DNA of 64,000 nucleotides from Candidatus Brocadiia bacterium (lineage in GTDB: Bacteria > Planctomycetota > Brocadiia > CAIUPP01). The stretch is from contig JBEKCB010000005.1 of the NCBI GenBank assembly GCA_050015075.1, positions 137,436 through 201,435 on the forward strand, read 5' to 3'. Shown in pieces: positions 1 through 9,948 of the stretch. Position 1 is the stretch's first letter, and every line of letters begins with the position of its first letter. The translations under genes and the position numbers were made by a program. The notes beneath the pieces are model-generated. The model searched no databases and had not been told where the DNA came from. It saw only the letters and a program-made list of their open reading frames with translations.

Positions 1-88
1 CGCGCGTCACCCACGGCCGAGCGGCGGGCTTGCCCGCCGGCTGTGTGGAGGGCTCGCCCGACGCTTGGCTGTCCGGATCTTCCGCCAC
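1..88 (-). CDS. probable N-terminus of a gene running off the left edge (VAEDPDSQASGEPSTQPAGKPAARPWVTR...)
   Basis: GTG at 88 preceded by GGAGA, open to the window edge, directly downstream of the HAD gene on the same strand. Confidence 0.35.
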   Translation of the reverse strand, partial: MAEDPDSQASGEPSTQPAGKPAARPWVTR

Positions 89-104
89 CGAAATTCTCCA
101 GACT

Positions 105-749
105 TCATTGCAGGAGCGGGATCAGCAGCCGCAGATCGGCCCGCTCGACGACATGCTTCGCCCGCGCGGCGACCTCGGGCGACGAGGGCAGGAACGCAAT
201 GCTCAACCCGGCCCGCTCGAACATGCCGATGTCCGCCGGCCCGTCGCCGACGGCGACTACGCGCCGCGTCGGGATGCCCATATCGCCGGCGATCCTGGCG
301 AGCATTGCACCTTTCTCGGCGAACGGCACCGCCAGTTCCAGTTCGCCGGTCAGCCGGCCGGCTTCGAGCCGTTCGCGGTTCGCCAGCACGCGCGCGATCC
401 CGAACTCGCGCGCGAGACGCAGCCCGAGCCGTTCGAGGCCGTTGCTGACGATGGCGGTCGGAATCCCCCGGGCGGAGAGATGCGCCAGGAGTTCGCGGCA
501 GCCTTCCATCAGCGGCACCTCTTCCACCGCGCGGTCGAGCAGCTCCACCGGCGCGCCCTTCCACGTCGCCGTGTCCAAGCGCGCGAACTCGTCGTAGCCC
601 AGCGCGCCCGCCTTGTACTGTTCCCAGTACGGCAGCCCGTGCGAGGTCCACGTGCCGACCTTGCCGTGCATCAATTCCCAGACCGTCGGCGAGGCCGTCA
701 GCGTGCCTTCCATGTCGAAGACGACCAGGTCAATCCCGTTTGCGCTCAT
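105..749 (-). CDS. HAD-IB family hydrolase (phosphoserine phosphatase-like)
   Basis: Motif I variant VVFDMEGTL, motif II IVSNG, motif IV AVGDGPADIGM. Confidence 0.85.
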   Translation of the reverse strand: MSANGIDLVVFDMEGTLTASPTVWELMHGKVGTWTSHGLPYWEQYKAGALGYDEFARLDTATWKGAPVELLDRAVEEVPLMEGCRELLAHLSARGIPTAIVSNGLERLGLRLAREFGIARVLANRERLEAGRLTGELELAVPFAEKGAMLARIAGDMGIPTRRVVAVGDGPADIGMFERAGLSIAFLPSSPEVAARAKHVVERADLRLLIPLLQ

Positions 750-779
750 CGGTCACCTTTGCCGCACATTCGACGCGCC

Positions 780-1877
780 TCAGTGCGGGCCTGAGTCGGT
801 CGAACGGCCCGCAGATTCGGAGTCGGTTCGGTCCGGCTGTTCAGCCTTCGGCGGTGCGCCGGCCGAACGGGCCGCCAGTTGCCCGCAGCCCGCCGCGATC
901 TCGCGTCCGCGCCGGAAGCGGATCGTCACCGACGCGCCGTCCTCCTCGAGCCATTCGCGGAACTTCAGCGTCTCGCGGCTCGACGGCGAATCGAAGGCCG
1001 CGCCGCTGACCGCATTATACTCAATCAGGTTGACTTTTCCGTCCAGCCGCTGCGCGATGCGCGCGAGTTCCTTCGCGTGCGCGCGGGCGGTGTTCACGCC
1101 GCGCAGGAGCACGTACTCGACCGTCACGCGCTTGCCGGTCCGCGCCGCGTAGCCGTCGCAGGCTTCCAGGACGCGTTCGAGCGGATGCTGCCGCGCGATC
1201 GGCATCAGTTGCTCGCGCTGCTCCTGGAAAGGCGAATTGAGCGAGAGCGCCAGCCGCACGGTCACCGGCGCGCACGACAGCGCCTCGATCCCGGGCACGA
1301 TGCCGCACGTGGAGACGGTGATCTTGCGCGTGCCGAGCGCGAAACGCTCCGGATCGGCGAGCGCCTCGATGGCCTTGATCAGGTTCTCCAGGTTGAGCAG
1401 CGGTTCGCCCATGCCCATGAAGACGACGTTCGTCATGCGGCCGTCGCGGCGGGAGATTTCCACGGCCTGGAGCAGCATCTCGCCGACGGTCAGGTTCCGC
1501 GTGAAGCCGAGCGCGCCGGTCGCACAGAAGACGCAACCCATCGCGCAGCCGGCCTGGGTGGAGAGGCAAACGGAGTGGCGGCCTTCTTCGCGCATCGAGA
1601 CGGCCTCGACCCGCGCGGCGTCGTCAAAGCGGAAAAGATATTTCGCCGTCTCGCCGTCGGCCGCGCGCGAGACGTTCTCGACCTCGCCGGCGCCGACGCG
1701 CGACTCCCGGGCCAGCGCCTGCCGGAAGTCGGCGGAGAGGTTCGTCATGCGCGCGAAGTCGCGCTCGTATTTCTCGAAAATCCACGACCGCAACTGGCGC
1801 GCGCGATACGGCTTCTGGCCGATCTTCGCCACAAAGTCGTTCAGGGCGTCCGGCGAAAGGCTGAGGAGATCCAACAT
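780..1877 (-). CDS. rlmN: 23S rRNA (adenine-2503-C2) methyltransferase RlmN (radical SAM)
   Basis: CLSTQAGCAMGCVFCATG (CxxxCxxC), VFMGMGEPLLN, C-terminal IAAGCGQL. Confidence 0.95.
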   Translation of the reverse strand: MLDLLSLSPDALNDFVAKIGQKPYRARQLRSWIFEKYERDFARMTNLSADFRQALARESRVGAGEVENVSRAADGETAKYLFRFDDAARVEAVSMREEGRHSVCLSTQAGCAMGCVFCATGALGFTRNLTVGEMLLQAVEISRRDGRMTNVVFMGMGEPLLNLENLIKAIEALADPERFALGTRKITVSTCGIVPGIEALSCAPVTVRLALSLNSPFQEQREQLMPIARQHPLERVLEACDGYAARTGKRVTVEYVLLRGVNTARAHAKELARIAQRLDGKVNLIEYNAVSGAAFDSPSSRETLKFREWLEEDGASVTIRFRRGREIAAGCGQLAARSAGAPPKAEQPDRTDSESAGRSTDSGPH

Positions 1878-1937
1878 TGCCGATTTCCGATTGCTGATTT
1901 GTCCGCCGTAGCCTTGGCGGAGGCGGATTGCCGAATG
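1876..1937. repeat. REP-like palindrome GTCCGCCGTAGCCTTGGCGGAGGCGGA with flanking 7-mers (family B, copy 1)
   Basis: Reverse-complement relative of 44638-44664 and 58765-58792. Confidence 0.75.
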
Positions 1938-1944
1938 AACGAAA

Positions 1945-2679
1945 TCAGAAGTCCTTGCTGGTGTGGTCCATCAAATCCCGAAGGTGGCGCGTGTCGTTTT
2001 CGACGGCGACGCGCAGCGTTCCGTTTCCGTATTCGAGCACCGAGATGGCGCCGGTATCGAGGCGGACTTCCCAGAAGTGGGAGTTGTCCAGCCCTTTCGC
2101 TTCGCAAAGCAGGAGCTTGAGCACCACGCGATGCGAGACGAGCGCGATGGTGCCTTCCGGATTCTGCCGCGCCAGTTCCGTCAGCCGCGGCGCGGCGCGG
2201 CGGCGGACGTCGTCGAGCGACTCGCCGCCGGGAAATTTCACCAGGTGCGGCGACTCTTTCCACTGGCGGTACTGGTCGCCGAATTTCGCGCGCGCCTCGG
2301 TATCCCAGTATTCCGTCCATTCTCCGTAATCCAGGTCCGTGAGGGCCTCGTCCACGATCACCGCGAGGCCGCGGCCGGCGGCGACCGCCTCGGCCGTCTC
2401 GCGGGCGCGCGAGAGCGGGCTGGAGTAGATGGCGGCCAGGGGAACCTGGCGCAGCGCGCGCGCCGCACAAGCCGCTTCGAGACGGCCCTGCTCGTTGAGG
2501 GGAATGTCCCTGCGGCCGCGGAAAATCTTCGCCTTGTTCCACGCCGTTTCGCCGTGCCGCACGAGATAAATCTGGCCCAATGCCGCCTCCCGCTGACTGG
2601 CGCCGCGCGGCGGAGAGCCGCTGCTTCGCAGAGCCGCATCGGATATTTCCATATTACCGGAACGGACGCGAAGCCGCAA
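1945..2679 (-). CDS. histidine phosphatase (phosphoglycerate mutase) family protein
   Basis: LVRHGETAWN, YSSPLSRARETA, FPGGES, LVSH; true start probably downstream of 2679. Confidence 0.9.
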   Translation of the reverse strand: MRLRVRSGNMEISDAALRSSGSPPRGASQREAALGQIYLVRHGETAWNKAKIFRGRRDIPLNEQGRLEAACAARALRQVPLAAIYSSPLSRARETAEAVAAGRGLAVIVDEALTDLDYGEWTEYWDTEARAKFGDQYRQWKESPHLVKFPGGESLDDVRRRAAPRLTELARQNPEGTIALVSHRVVLKLLLCEAKGLDNSHFWEVRLDTGAISVLEYGNGTLRVAVENDTRHLRDLMDHTSKDF

Positions 2680-2708
2680 TGGAGCGCGGGGGCGATGGGA
2701 CGGAGGCG

Positions 2709-4301
2709 TTACAGGAAGGCGCGCCAGTCCAGGTCCGGGAAAACGGGATTCATGGCGCGGAGTCTTTCGACGTACTTGCGGTCCACGTTGCCGGAGCGGA
2801 CCATCTCGTAAAGTCGGGTGAAACTATGGAGGTGGTTGCGCGTGCGCTTTTCGGCGTAGGGCGCGGCGCCGCCGGTGGCCATGAGGAACGCCCAGTCGCT
2901 GCTCTGGGCGAGGAGCAGCTCGCGCGCCGCCTGCTGCAGGGCCGCCTGGACCGCCGCGGCAGGCTTCTTCTTGCCGGCCGCGCGGCCGGCCAGCTCCGCC
3001 ATCCGCTCCTCGGCCTTGTGCAGGTGGCGATAGATCCAGTCGTTCGCGCCGTTGAGCCACACCTCGAAGTATCCCTTCTCGCCCCACGAGGAACTGCTCG
3101 GCGTCGAGATCTGCTCCGGCGGATGCTGATCGAGATACTCGGAGAGCGTCGAGACCACGTAGTCGTCGCGCACGCACTGCGAGGCGCGGAAGACCTCTTC
3201 GAGGAATTCCGGCCCTTCGTACCACCAGTGGCCGAACAGCTCCGCGTCGTAGGGCGCGACCACGACCGGCGGGACCGAGAGTTTCGATTTGAGGAACCGC
3301 AACTGGTGCTGGCGGCAGAACACGAAATGCCCGCCATGCTCCACGGCTTTCCGCACCGCCGCCGCGCGGTCGTACAACTGCTTCTCATGAAGCGCGACGC
3401 GGCCCGTGACGCGATAATACTTCAACCCCAGGTTCCGCCGGACACCGTCGTCGTGCAGGTACGGTTCGATATAGTCGTAGCTGGCGTCGTAACCCAGGTC
3501 GCGGTAGAACTCGCGGTAGGCGCCGTCGCCGGGATAGCCTTCCTCGGAACTCCAGACCTGCTTGGAGGATTCGAGGTCGCGCCCGAACGCCGCTACGCCG
3601 GAGGGACACACGACCGGCGCATGGACGCCGTGCGGCGAGGTGGGGAAGGCATTCAGGATCCCGTGCGCGTCCACGAGAAAATAGCGGATTCCCGCCTCGG
3701 CCAGCGCGCGGTCCATGCCGGGCCGATAGGCGCACTCCGGCAGCCAGAAGCCTTTCGGCCGGCGGCCGAGATGGCGCGTGACGGTCTCGACGCCGATCTC
3801 CACCTGCGCGCGGACGGCGTTCGGAGTGAGCATCAGCGGCAGGAACCCGTGCGTCGCGGCGCAGGCGAGCACCTCCAGGTTCCCGGCGTCCTGAATCTCC
3901 TTGAACGCGGGCACTAGGTTGCCGTCGTGCCTGCGGAAGAGGAAGTCGCGCACCAGCCGGAAGCGTTCGAGATAGTGAAGCGCCACTGCGCGCTCGCCGG
4001 TCGAACGCCCCCGGTGCCGCGCTTCCTCCTGCGCCAGCTTGATCCGCCGGTCCAGGTATTGCCGGCATCGCTGCTTGAGGAGCGGGTTGGCGAACATCTC
4101 CAGCAGCGTGGGAGTCAGCGTCATCGTCACGCGGAAGGGCACGCCCTCGTCGCTGAGCCGGTTCCAGGCCAGCAGGATCGGGACGTACGTCTCCGTGACC
4201 GCCTCGAAAAACCATTCCTCTTCGAGGAACGTCTCGTGCTCGGGATGGTGGATGAACGGCAGGTGCGCGTGCAGCACGATCGCCAGATGCGCGTCGGACA
4301 T
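2709..4301 (-). CDS. GH57 family 1,4-alpha-glucan branching enzyme (DUF1957 domain)
   Basis: LHAHLP, EAVTETYVP, GFWLPECAY (nucleophile), PYDAELFGHWWYEG (acid/base), LAQSSDWAF. Confidence 0.93.
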   Translation of the reverse strand: MSDAHLAIVLHAHLPFIHHPEHETFLEEEWFFEAVTETYVPILLAWNRLSDEGVPFRVTMTLTPTLLEMFANPLLKQRCRQYLDRRIKLAQEEARHRGRSTGERAVALHYLERFRLVRDFLFRRHDGNLVPAFKEIQDAGNLEVLACAATHGFLPLMLTPNAVRAQVEIGVETVTRHLGRRPKGFWLPECAYRPGMDRALAEAGIRYFLVDAHGILNAFPTSPHGVHAPVVCPSGVAAFGRDLESSKQVWSSEEGYPGDGAYREFYRDLGYDASYDYIEPYLHDDGVRRNLGLKYYRVTGRVALHEKQLYDRAAAVRKAVEHGGHFVFCRQHQLRFLKSKLSVPPVVVAPYDAELFGHWWYEGPEFLEEVFRASQCVRDDYVVSTLSEYLDQHPPEQISTPSSSSWGEKGYFEVWLNGANDWIYRHLHKAEERMAELAGRAAGKKKPAAAVQAALQQAARELLLAQSSDWAFLMATGGAAPYAEKRTRNHLHSFTRLYEMVRSGNVDRKYVERLRAMNPVFPDLDWRAFL

Positions 4302-4310
4302 CGTCCGGCC

Positions 4311-4931
4311 TCACTTGCCGCCGGCGTAGGCGGCGGCGAAGACTTTCTCCCAGGGCACGGGGATCGGCGTCGGCGGCGGACCGGCCGGCCGATCCGGCCC
4401 CGGCGCCTCCACGGCGAGGGGCGCTCGCCGCGCCGGTTTCGTTGCGCCTTCCGCAGGACGCATTCTGAGCGTTCCGCGCGCGGTCCTCACGGCCGCACCG
4501 GCCTGTCTCGAAATCGGATGGCGCGCCGCCTGGACAATCTCCGCCGGGACATATTCGCCGCTCTCGCCGGCCCATCGGATCGGCGTGGTCACCTCCTCGG
4601 AAGCCGCGAGCCGGCGGAGCCGCGCGCCGCGTTTTTCGAAAAGCTCGAAGCGGCAGGTGCGGTTCGGCGCCACAAGCAGATACCAGTTGTCCGCATCGGC
4701 GGGCGGCTCCAGGTCGTACGCGCGCTTCGCCGTCAAGTCGTAGACGCGGACCATCCGCGGATTGCCGGCCACGCGCACTTCGGTCTCGACGTCCCAGTAG
4801 AGGTAGATCTGCTCGGGAGAGCGGACGAGCGCGACGATGCGGTTCTCGGCGTTGGACCGCGGGAGCGGCTCGCCGCGGTCAATATACGGCGGACGCGGGG
4901 ACGCTCTCTTCGCTCGAGTTCCCTTGGCCAT
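4311..4931 (-). CDS. DUF4912 domain-containing protein
   Basis: LPRSNAENRIVALVRSPEQIYLYWDV...RVYDLT...NWY...ASEEVTTP; this family typically lies next to GH57 genes. Confidence 0.8.
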   Translation of the reverse strand: MAKGTRAKRASPRPPYIDRGEPLPRSNAENRIVALVRSPEQIYLYWDVETEVRVAGNPRMVRVYDLTAKRAYDLEPPADADNWYLLVAPNRTCRFELFEKRGARLRRLAASEEVTTPIRWAGESGEYVPAEIVQAARHPISRQAGAAVRTARGTLRMRPAEGATKPARRAPLAVEAPGPDRPAGPPPTPIPVPWEKVFAAAYAGGK

Positions 4932-4957
4932 CGGCGGTGTTCAGCCCTTCGCCAGCG

Positions 4958-6190
4958 TCAGGCGCGCCAGAATTCCTCGCCCCGCGGCACGCCTTTCGGA
5001 ATCACGACGATCCCGCTGTCGGTCACGGTGAATTTTTTCCGGTCGGCCGCCAGGTCCGACCCGACGCGGGCATGCGGCGGAATGACGACGCCCTTGTCCA
5101 CAATGGCCCGCCGCACGTGGGCGTACGGGCCGACGACGACGTCGTCCATGAGGATGGATTCCTCGACGTGGGCCTGCGCCTCGACGCGAACTCCCGGCGA
5201 GAGCACCGACCGCGCGACGTTGCCGCCGGCGATGATGCAGCCCTGCGAGACGATGGAATCCACGGCCGTTCCCCGCCGCCCGCCGGCCTCGTCGAACACG
5301 AACTTCGCCGGCGGCTGCTGCTTGAGGTTGGTGCGGATCGGCCAGTCGGTGTCGTAGAGATTGAAGAGCGGGTCCACCGCGACGAGGTCCATGTTCGCCT
5401 GGTAATAGGCGTCGAGCGTGCCGATGTCGCGCCAGTACTTGATCGCCTTGCGGTTCTCGTCGCGGAAGAGATAGGCATAGGTCGGCCGCTCGCGCATGAC
5501 GCGCGGGAGGATGTCGCGGCCGAAATCGTGGGTGGAATCGCGCTTGGCGTCCTCGGTGACGAGTTGGACGAGCGCGTGGGTGGTAAAGGCGTAGATGCCC
5601 ATGCTCGCCAGGCAGAGGTCCGGCCGGCCGGGCAGCGGCTTGGGGTTCGCCGGCTTCTCTTCGAAGCCGACGGTGCGCATTGTTTCGTCCACCGTCATCA
5701 CGCCGAAACGCGGCCCTTCGGCGATGGGCACCTCGACGCACGCCACGGTGATGTCCGCCCGCGTGGCCTGGTGCTGGCTGAGCATCCGCAGGTAGTCCAT
5801 CTTGTAGATGTGGTCGCCGGCGAGGATCAGGACGTACTCCGGGCGCTCCTGTTCGAGCGTGTAGATGTTCTGGAAGATCGCGTCGGCGGTGCCCAGGTAC
5901 CAGCGCTCGCCGATGCGCTGCTGCGGCGGCATGGGCACGATGAACTCGCCGATCTCCTCGTCGAAGCGCGTCCACGCCAGCCGAAGGTGGCGGTCGAGCG
6001 AGAAGGACTTGTACTGCGTCAGGACGTAGACGCGGCGCAGGCCGCTGTTGACGCAGTTGCTCAGGGTGAAGTCAATAATGCGATAGCAGCCGCCGAACGG
6101 GACCGCGGGCTTGGCGCGGTCGCGCGTGAGCGGATACAGGCGCTCGCCCTGCCCGCCGCCCAGGACGATGACCAGCGTTTGTCTCGTCAC
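4958..6190 (-). CDS. glgC: glucose-1-phosphate adenylyltransferase
   Basis: LGGGQGERLYPLTRDRAKPAVPFGG, WYLGTADAI, GDHIYKMDY, FEEKP, ASMGIY, YWRDIGT. Confidence 0.96.
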   Translation of the reverse strand: MTRQTLVIVLGGGQGERLYPLTRDRAKPAVPFGGCYRIIDFTLSNCVNSGLRRVYVLTQYKSFSLDRHLRLAWTRFDEEIGEFIVPMPPQQRIGERWYLGTADAIFQNIYTLEQERPEYVLILAGDHIYKMDYLRMLSQHQATRADITVACVEVPIAEGPRFGVMTVDETMRTVGFEEKPANPKPLPGRPDLCLASMGIYAFTTHALVQLVTEDAKRDSTHDFGRDILPRVMRERPTYAYLFRDENRKAIKYWRDIGTLDAYYQANMDLVAVDPLFNLYDTDWPIRTNLKQQPPAKFVFDEAGGRRGTAVDSIVSQGCIIAGGNVARSVLSPGVRVEAQAHVEESILMDDVVVGPYAHVRRAIVDKGVVIPPHARVGSDLAADRKKFTVTDSGIVVIPKGVPRGEEFWRA

Positions 6191-6200
6191 GATGCGCTCC

Positions 6201-6584
6201 TCACGCTCCGGCCGGGGCGGCCGGGCGACTGCGCGATTCCAACACCCTCTTGATCGTGTCCTTGAGTTCCGTCAGGTCGGAGGACTTCACGACGTAGGCG
6301 TCGGCCGACCAGGAGCGGAAACTTTCCCGGTAGGTCGCGTAAGCCGTATTCAGGATGATCGGCAGCTTGTGGTCCTTGGCGAGCATGCGGCTCATCGCCT
6401 CGATGCCGTCAATCCCGGGCATGCTGACATCCATCACCACCAGGTCCGGCCGGGCCTTCTCGACCACCTCGAGGGCCTCGCGGCCGTCATGCGCGGTGAT
6501 GACGTCGTAGCCGGCGCTGCGGATTTCATTCGCGTAGAGCAGGCACTGGTTCGGGTCGTCTTCCACGACCAGGATGGTCGTCAA
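6201..6584 (-). CDS. stand-alone response regulator receiver protein
   Basis: TTG start after GAAAGGAG; ILVVEDD, DLVVMDVSMPGIDG, ILNTAY, YVVKS; C-terminal part of ORF 6201..7043. Confidence 0.9.
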   Translation of the reverse strand: MTTILVVEDDPNQCLLYANEIRSAGYDVITAHDGREALEVVEKARPDLVVMDVSMPGIDGIEAMSRMLAKDHKLPIILNTAYATYRESFRSWSADAYVVKSSDLTELKDTIKRVLESRSRPAAPAGA

Positions 6585-6603
6585 CGGGAGATCTCCTTTC
6601 GCG

Positions 6604-7644
6604 TCAACTCGACGCCGCGACTCTGCCGCCGGAGGCCGAACGTCCGAGCTTGCTGGCCTCGCGGAGGAAGGCCGCGGCGCTCTCCGGAAGCACCGGGTTG
6701 ATATAACATCCGGTCCCCCATTCGAAACCGGCGATCTTCGTGATGCACGGGATGATCTCGATGTGCCAGTGGAAGTAATCGGCGGATTTTTCGCCGAGCG
6801 GCGAGGTGTGGATGAGATAGTTGTACGCGGGCGTCTCGAGGGCCTGGTCGAGCCGGTTGAGCACGGTGCGCAGCGCCGAGGCGATGTCGCCGAGCGCCTC
6901 GGCCGGGTGGTCCTCGAAGTGCGGCACGTGCCGCGTCGGCAGGAGCCACGTCTCGAACGGGAACCGCGAGGCATAGGGCGCGATCGCGATGCAGTGCCGG
7001 CCGACGTGGATGACGCGCTCGCCCTTGGCGACCTCGCGGTCAATCATGTTGCAGAAAAGGCACGCGCCGGCCGCCTCGTTGAATTGCCGCGCGTGGCGCA
7101 CCTCGGTGCGGACGGTCTCCGGCACCACCGGCATGCCGATCATCTGCGAATGCGAATGCTCCACCGTGGCGCCGGCCGCCGAGCCGACGTTCTTGAAAAT
7201 CATGCCGTACAGGAACCGGCTGTCCTGCCGCACGCTCGCGAGGCGCTGCTGGTAGATGCGCAGCACGTCCGTGACGCCCGCGTCGTCCATCTCGTTGAGC
7301 GACAGGATGTGCCGCTGGCTTTCGATGATGACTTCGTGGATGCCGAATCCGGTCATGCCCCGGCAGGCCGCGTCGCCGACGATCTCGATCGGCGCGTCGG
7401 GCCGCAGCGCGGGGAACCGGTTCGGGACGACGCGCACCCGCCAGCCCGGACGGTTCGCCTGCTGCGGATCGCTGCGCATCGCGGCGACCTCCGGCGGCGT
7501 CTTGTCCTCGTGCCCTTCGCAGAAGGGGCAGAACCCGCCCACGCTGTAACGCCGTTCGACAGGAAAGTCCGTCGGCCGCGCCGCCCGCTCGGGGGCGATG
7601 ATGACCCATCGGCCGGAAACGCGGTCTCTTCGGAACTCTGACAT
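6604..7644 (-). CDS. galT: GalT family nucleotidyltransferase (galactose-1-phosphate uridylyltransferase / ADP-glucose phosphorylase-like)
   Basis: RAARP, CPFCEGHE, VVPNRFPAL, HEVIIES, FKNVGSAAGATVEHSHSQ, AGFEWGTG. Confidence 0.88.
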   Translation of the reverse strand: MSEFRRDRVSGRWVIIAPERAARPTDFPVERRYSVGGFCPFCEGHEDKTPPEVAAMRSDPQQANRPGWRVRVVPNRFPALRPDAPIEIVGDAACRGMTGFGIHEVIIESQRHILSLNEMDDAGVTDVLRIYQQRLASVRQDSRFLYGMIFKNVGSAAGATVEHSHSQMIGMPVVPETVRTEVRHARQFNEAAGACLFCNMIDREVAKGERVIHVGRHCIAIAPYASRFPFETWLLPTRHVPHFEDHPAEALGDIASALRTVLNRLDQALETPAYNYLIHTSPLGEKSADYFHWHIEIIPCITKIAGFEWGTGCYINPVLPESAAAFLREASKLGRSASGGRVAASS

Positions 7645-7707
7645 GGTGGTGCGAGCCTGCCCGAAAACCCCTTCTGCCGCATGATCGTGCCGGCATGCAC
7701 GCCTGCC

Positions 7708-8724
7708 CTATCTTACAGATTCTCGCCGCCGAGTCAACCCTCTCCGGCGCTCCGGCATCTGGCGCAGCGTCACCGTCGAGGGATGGAAAATGCGCGTCAC
7801 GCCCTCGTCGAGCCGGACGATCAAGCCGTCCTCCAGCGAAAGGTCGAGCACGCGGCCCCGGAACTCGCGGCCGCTTTCGAGCAGCAGCACCCGCTCGCCC
7901 AGCGTCGAGGAAATCCGCCGCCAGCGCCGGGCGATGTGGCCGTACTCGCCCAGGCGCAGGTCGCCGTACCAGCGGTCCAGCGACGCCAGCAGCACGCGGG
8001 CCAGGTCGTTGCGCTCCGGCGGCGTTCCCGTTTCGGCCGCCAGCGAGGTCGCCATCTCGCGGATCTCCGGCGGGAATTCCCTCGCGCGCACGCGCACGTT
8101 CACGCCGATGCCCAGCACGAACGCCGACCCGGTCGCCAGCGAGCGCCCTTCCACGAGAAGGCCCGCCACTTTCCGGTCGCGGACGGTGATGTCGTTCGGC
8201 CACCGGATGCGCGCGGGGAGCCCCAGCCGTTCCTGCAGCGCCTCCGCGACCGCCACGGCCGAAACGATGGTGAGCAGGTGGCTTTGCCGCACTTCGAGTT
8301 CCGGCCGCAGCACAATGGAGAAGAGCAGGCCCGACCGCGGCGGAGAAAACCACCGCCGGCCCATTCGGCCGCGGCCGGCGGTCTGTTCCTCGGCGAAGAT
8401 CGCCGTGCCTTCGGGAGCGCCCGAAAGCGCCTCCTGCCAGGCGGCGTCGTTCGTCGAGGCGACGCGCTCGAGCACCGTCACCTGCCGGCCGATGACCTTC
8501 GTCTTGAGACCGCGCGTGATCTCGTGCGCAATCAACCGGCCGCCGCAACCGGCGAACCGGATCTTGCCGCCGCGCCGCCGACCGATGACGTAGCCGTCCG
8601 CGCGCAGTTCCTCCACGGCGCGCTCCACCTCGGCCGGTTCGCCCAGCGTCTCCGCGGCGAGGTCCGCCGGGGCGGTCCATTCGCCGGTCCGCTTCCGCAG
8701 CGCCTCGCATACAGCCCACTTCAC
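7708..8724 (-). CDS. birA: bifunctional biotin--[acetyl-CoA carboxylase] ligase / repressor
   Basis: N-terminal HTH-like segment, STND, EEQTAGRGRMGRRW, RWPNDI, KVAGLLVE, GIGVNV. Confidence 0.93.
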   Translation of the reverse strand: MKWAVCEALRKRTGEWTAPADLAAETLGEPAEVERAVEELRADGYVIGRRRGGKIRFAGCGGRLIAHEITRGLKTKVIGRQVTVLERVASTNDAAWQEALSGAPEGTAIFAEEQTAGRGRMGRRWFSPPRSGLLFSIVLRPELEVRQSHLLTIVSAVAVAEALQERLGLPARIRWPNDITVRDRKVAGLLVEGRSLATGSAFVLGIGVNVRVRAREFPPEIREMATSLAAETGTPPERNDLARVLLASLDRWYGDLRLGEYGHIARRWRRISSTLGERVLLLESGREFRGRVLDLSLEDGLIVRLDEGVTRIFHPSTVTLRQMPERRRGLTRRRESVR

Positions 8725-8770
8725 GGCGCGCGTCCCCTTTCCGATCGCGGCGAGTGTTTCCGCGCGGCCG

Positions 8771-9763
8771 TCACATTCCCGGCGCCCACAGGTACAGGAA
8801 CGTCGGTCCGCGGCGCAGCAGCAGCATGTTCAGTCCTTCTTCGAGCAGCAGCCCCGTGCCCGCCTGGGCGTAAATGTTCGAGTTGTAACTGGCGGTAGAG
8901 CGGTAGAGGATCACGTCGGCGGACTCGATCTTCGCCAGGCCGCACGCCGCCTGGATGGCGTCGCGCAGATAACCGACGCGGTCCACCAGGCGCAACTGGA
9001 GCGCCTCCTGCGCGCCCATGACGCGGCCGTCGGAAACGATCTTCAACTGCTGCTCGTCCATCGCCGGACGCCGCTCGCGCACCTTGGCCAGGAACTGGTC
9101 GAAGAGCGCGCGGTTAAGCCCTTGAAGGATTTCGCGTTCCTCCGGCGTCATCGGGCGCGTGGGCGAACCGATGTCCTTCTTCTCGCCGGACTTGATGACC
9201 ACCGGCTCGAGGCCGAGCTTGCCGTACAGCTTCTCCATATTGATGAGGTCCATGATGACGCCGACCGAACCGGTGATGGTGGTCGGCGAGGCCACGATGC
9301 AGTCGGCCGAAAGCGCGGTGTAATAGCCGCCGGAAGCCGCGGTGCCCATGAGCGCGGCGACGACCGGCTTGCCGCTGGTCTCCTTGAAACGCAGCACTTC
9401 CTGGTAGATCGTGTCGCTGGCGGAAGCCTCGCCGCCGGGGCTGTTGATCCGCAGCACGATGGCGCGCACGCGGGAGTCCGCCGCCGCCAGTTGAAGTTTC
9501 TGCTGCACGTCGGCGACGCTCGTGCCGCCGAGCAGCGTCCAGAAGCCCGCTTCCGAGGCGATGAATCCGCTGACCTCGATCAGCGCGATGCGGTTCGTCT
9601 CCGTCCAGTGCCCGGACTTCTCCACGATGACGCGTTCGAGTCCCTCCTGCGGGAACGGGCCGACGTTGATGCACCCGGCGAGCGCGAGCGCCAGCAACGC
9701 GCCCGCCGCGCCGGCGCGCGCCGATTTCCACAGCGACACTCTTCGCACCCTTCGTTGTTCCAT
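8771..9763 (-). CDS. sppA: signal peptide peptidase SppA (S49), lipoprotein
   Basis: Lipobox LAGC, LRINSPGG, AASGGYY, TGSVGV, KSGEKKD; start placed at the ATG after AAAGGG. Confidence 0.92.
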   Translation of the reverse strand: MEQRRVRRVSLWKSARAGAAGALLALALAGCINVGPFPQEGLERVIVEKSGHWTETNRIALIEVSGFIASEAGFWTLLGGTSVADVQQKLQLAAADSRVRAIVLRINSPGGEASASDTIYQEVLRFKETSGKPVVAALMGTAASGGYYTALSADCIVASPTTITGSVGVIMDLINMEKLYGKLGLEPVVIKSGEKKDIGSPTRPMTPEEREILQGLNRALFDQFLAKVRERRPAMDEQQLKIVSDGRVMGAQEALQLRLVDRVGYLRDAIQAACGLAKIESADVILYRSTASYNSNIYAQAGTGLLLEEGLNMLLLRRGPTFLYLWAPGM

Positions 9764-9948
9764 GATCTTCCCTTTCATCGGAGATCTGCGTTCGGACCGG
9801 ATTTCTCGGAACGGTCGAGTCGTTTCCCATAGACTGGCAAAAAACCGCCGCCGGCGCAAGCGCCCTTCCATCGCTGAACCCTGCGCGAAAGCCATTTTAC
9901 ATTTCCGTGCGGAGATTTTACATTGATTCCCGGCATGGAGGGTGTCGC

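Noticed and set aside
7-108. Short basic ORF MKSGEFRWRKIRTAKRR... overlapping the HAD stop
   Set aside because: The alternative frame from GTG 88 has an RBS and stays open to the edge, which is more plausible
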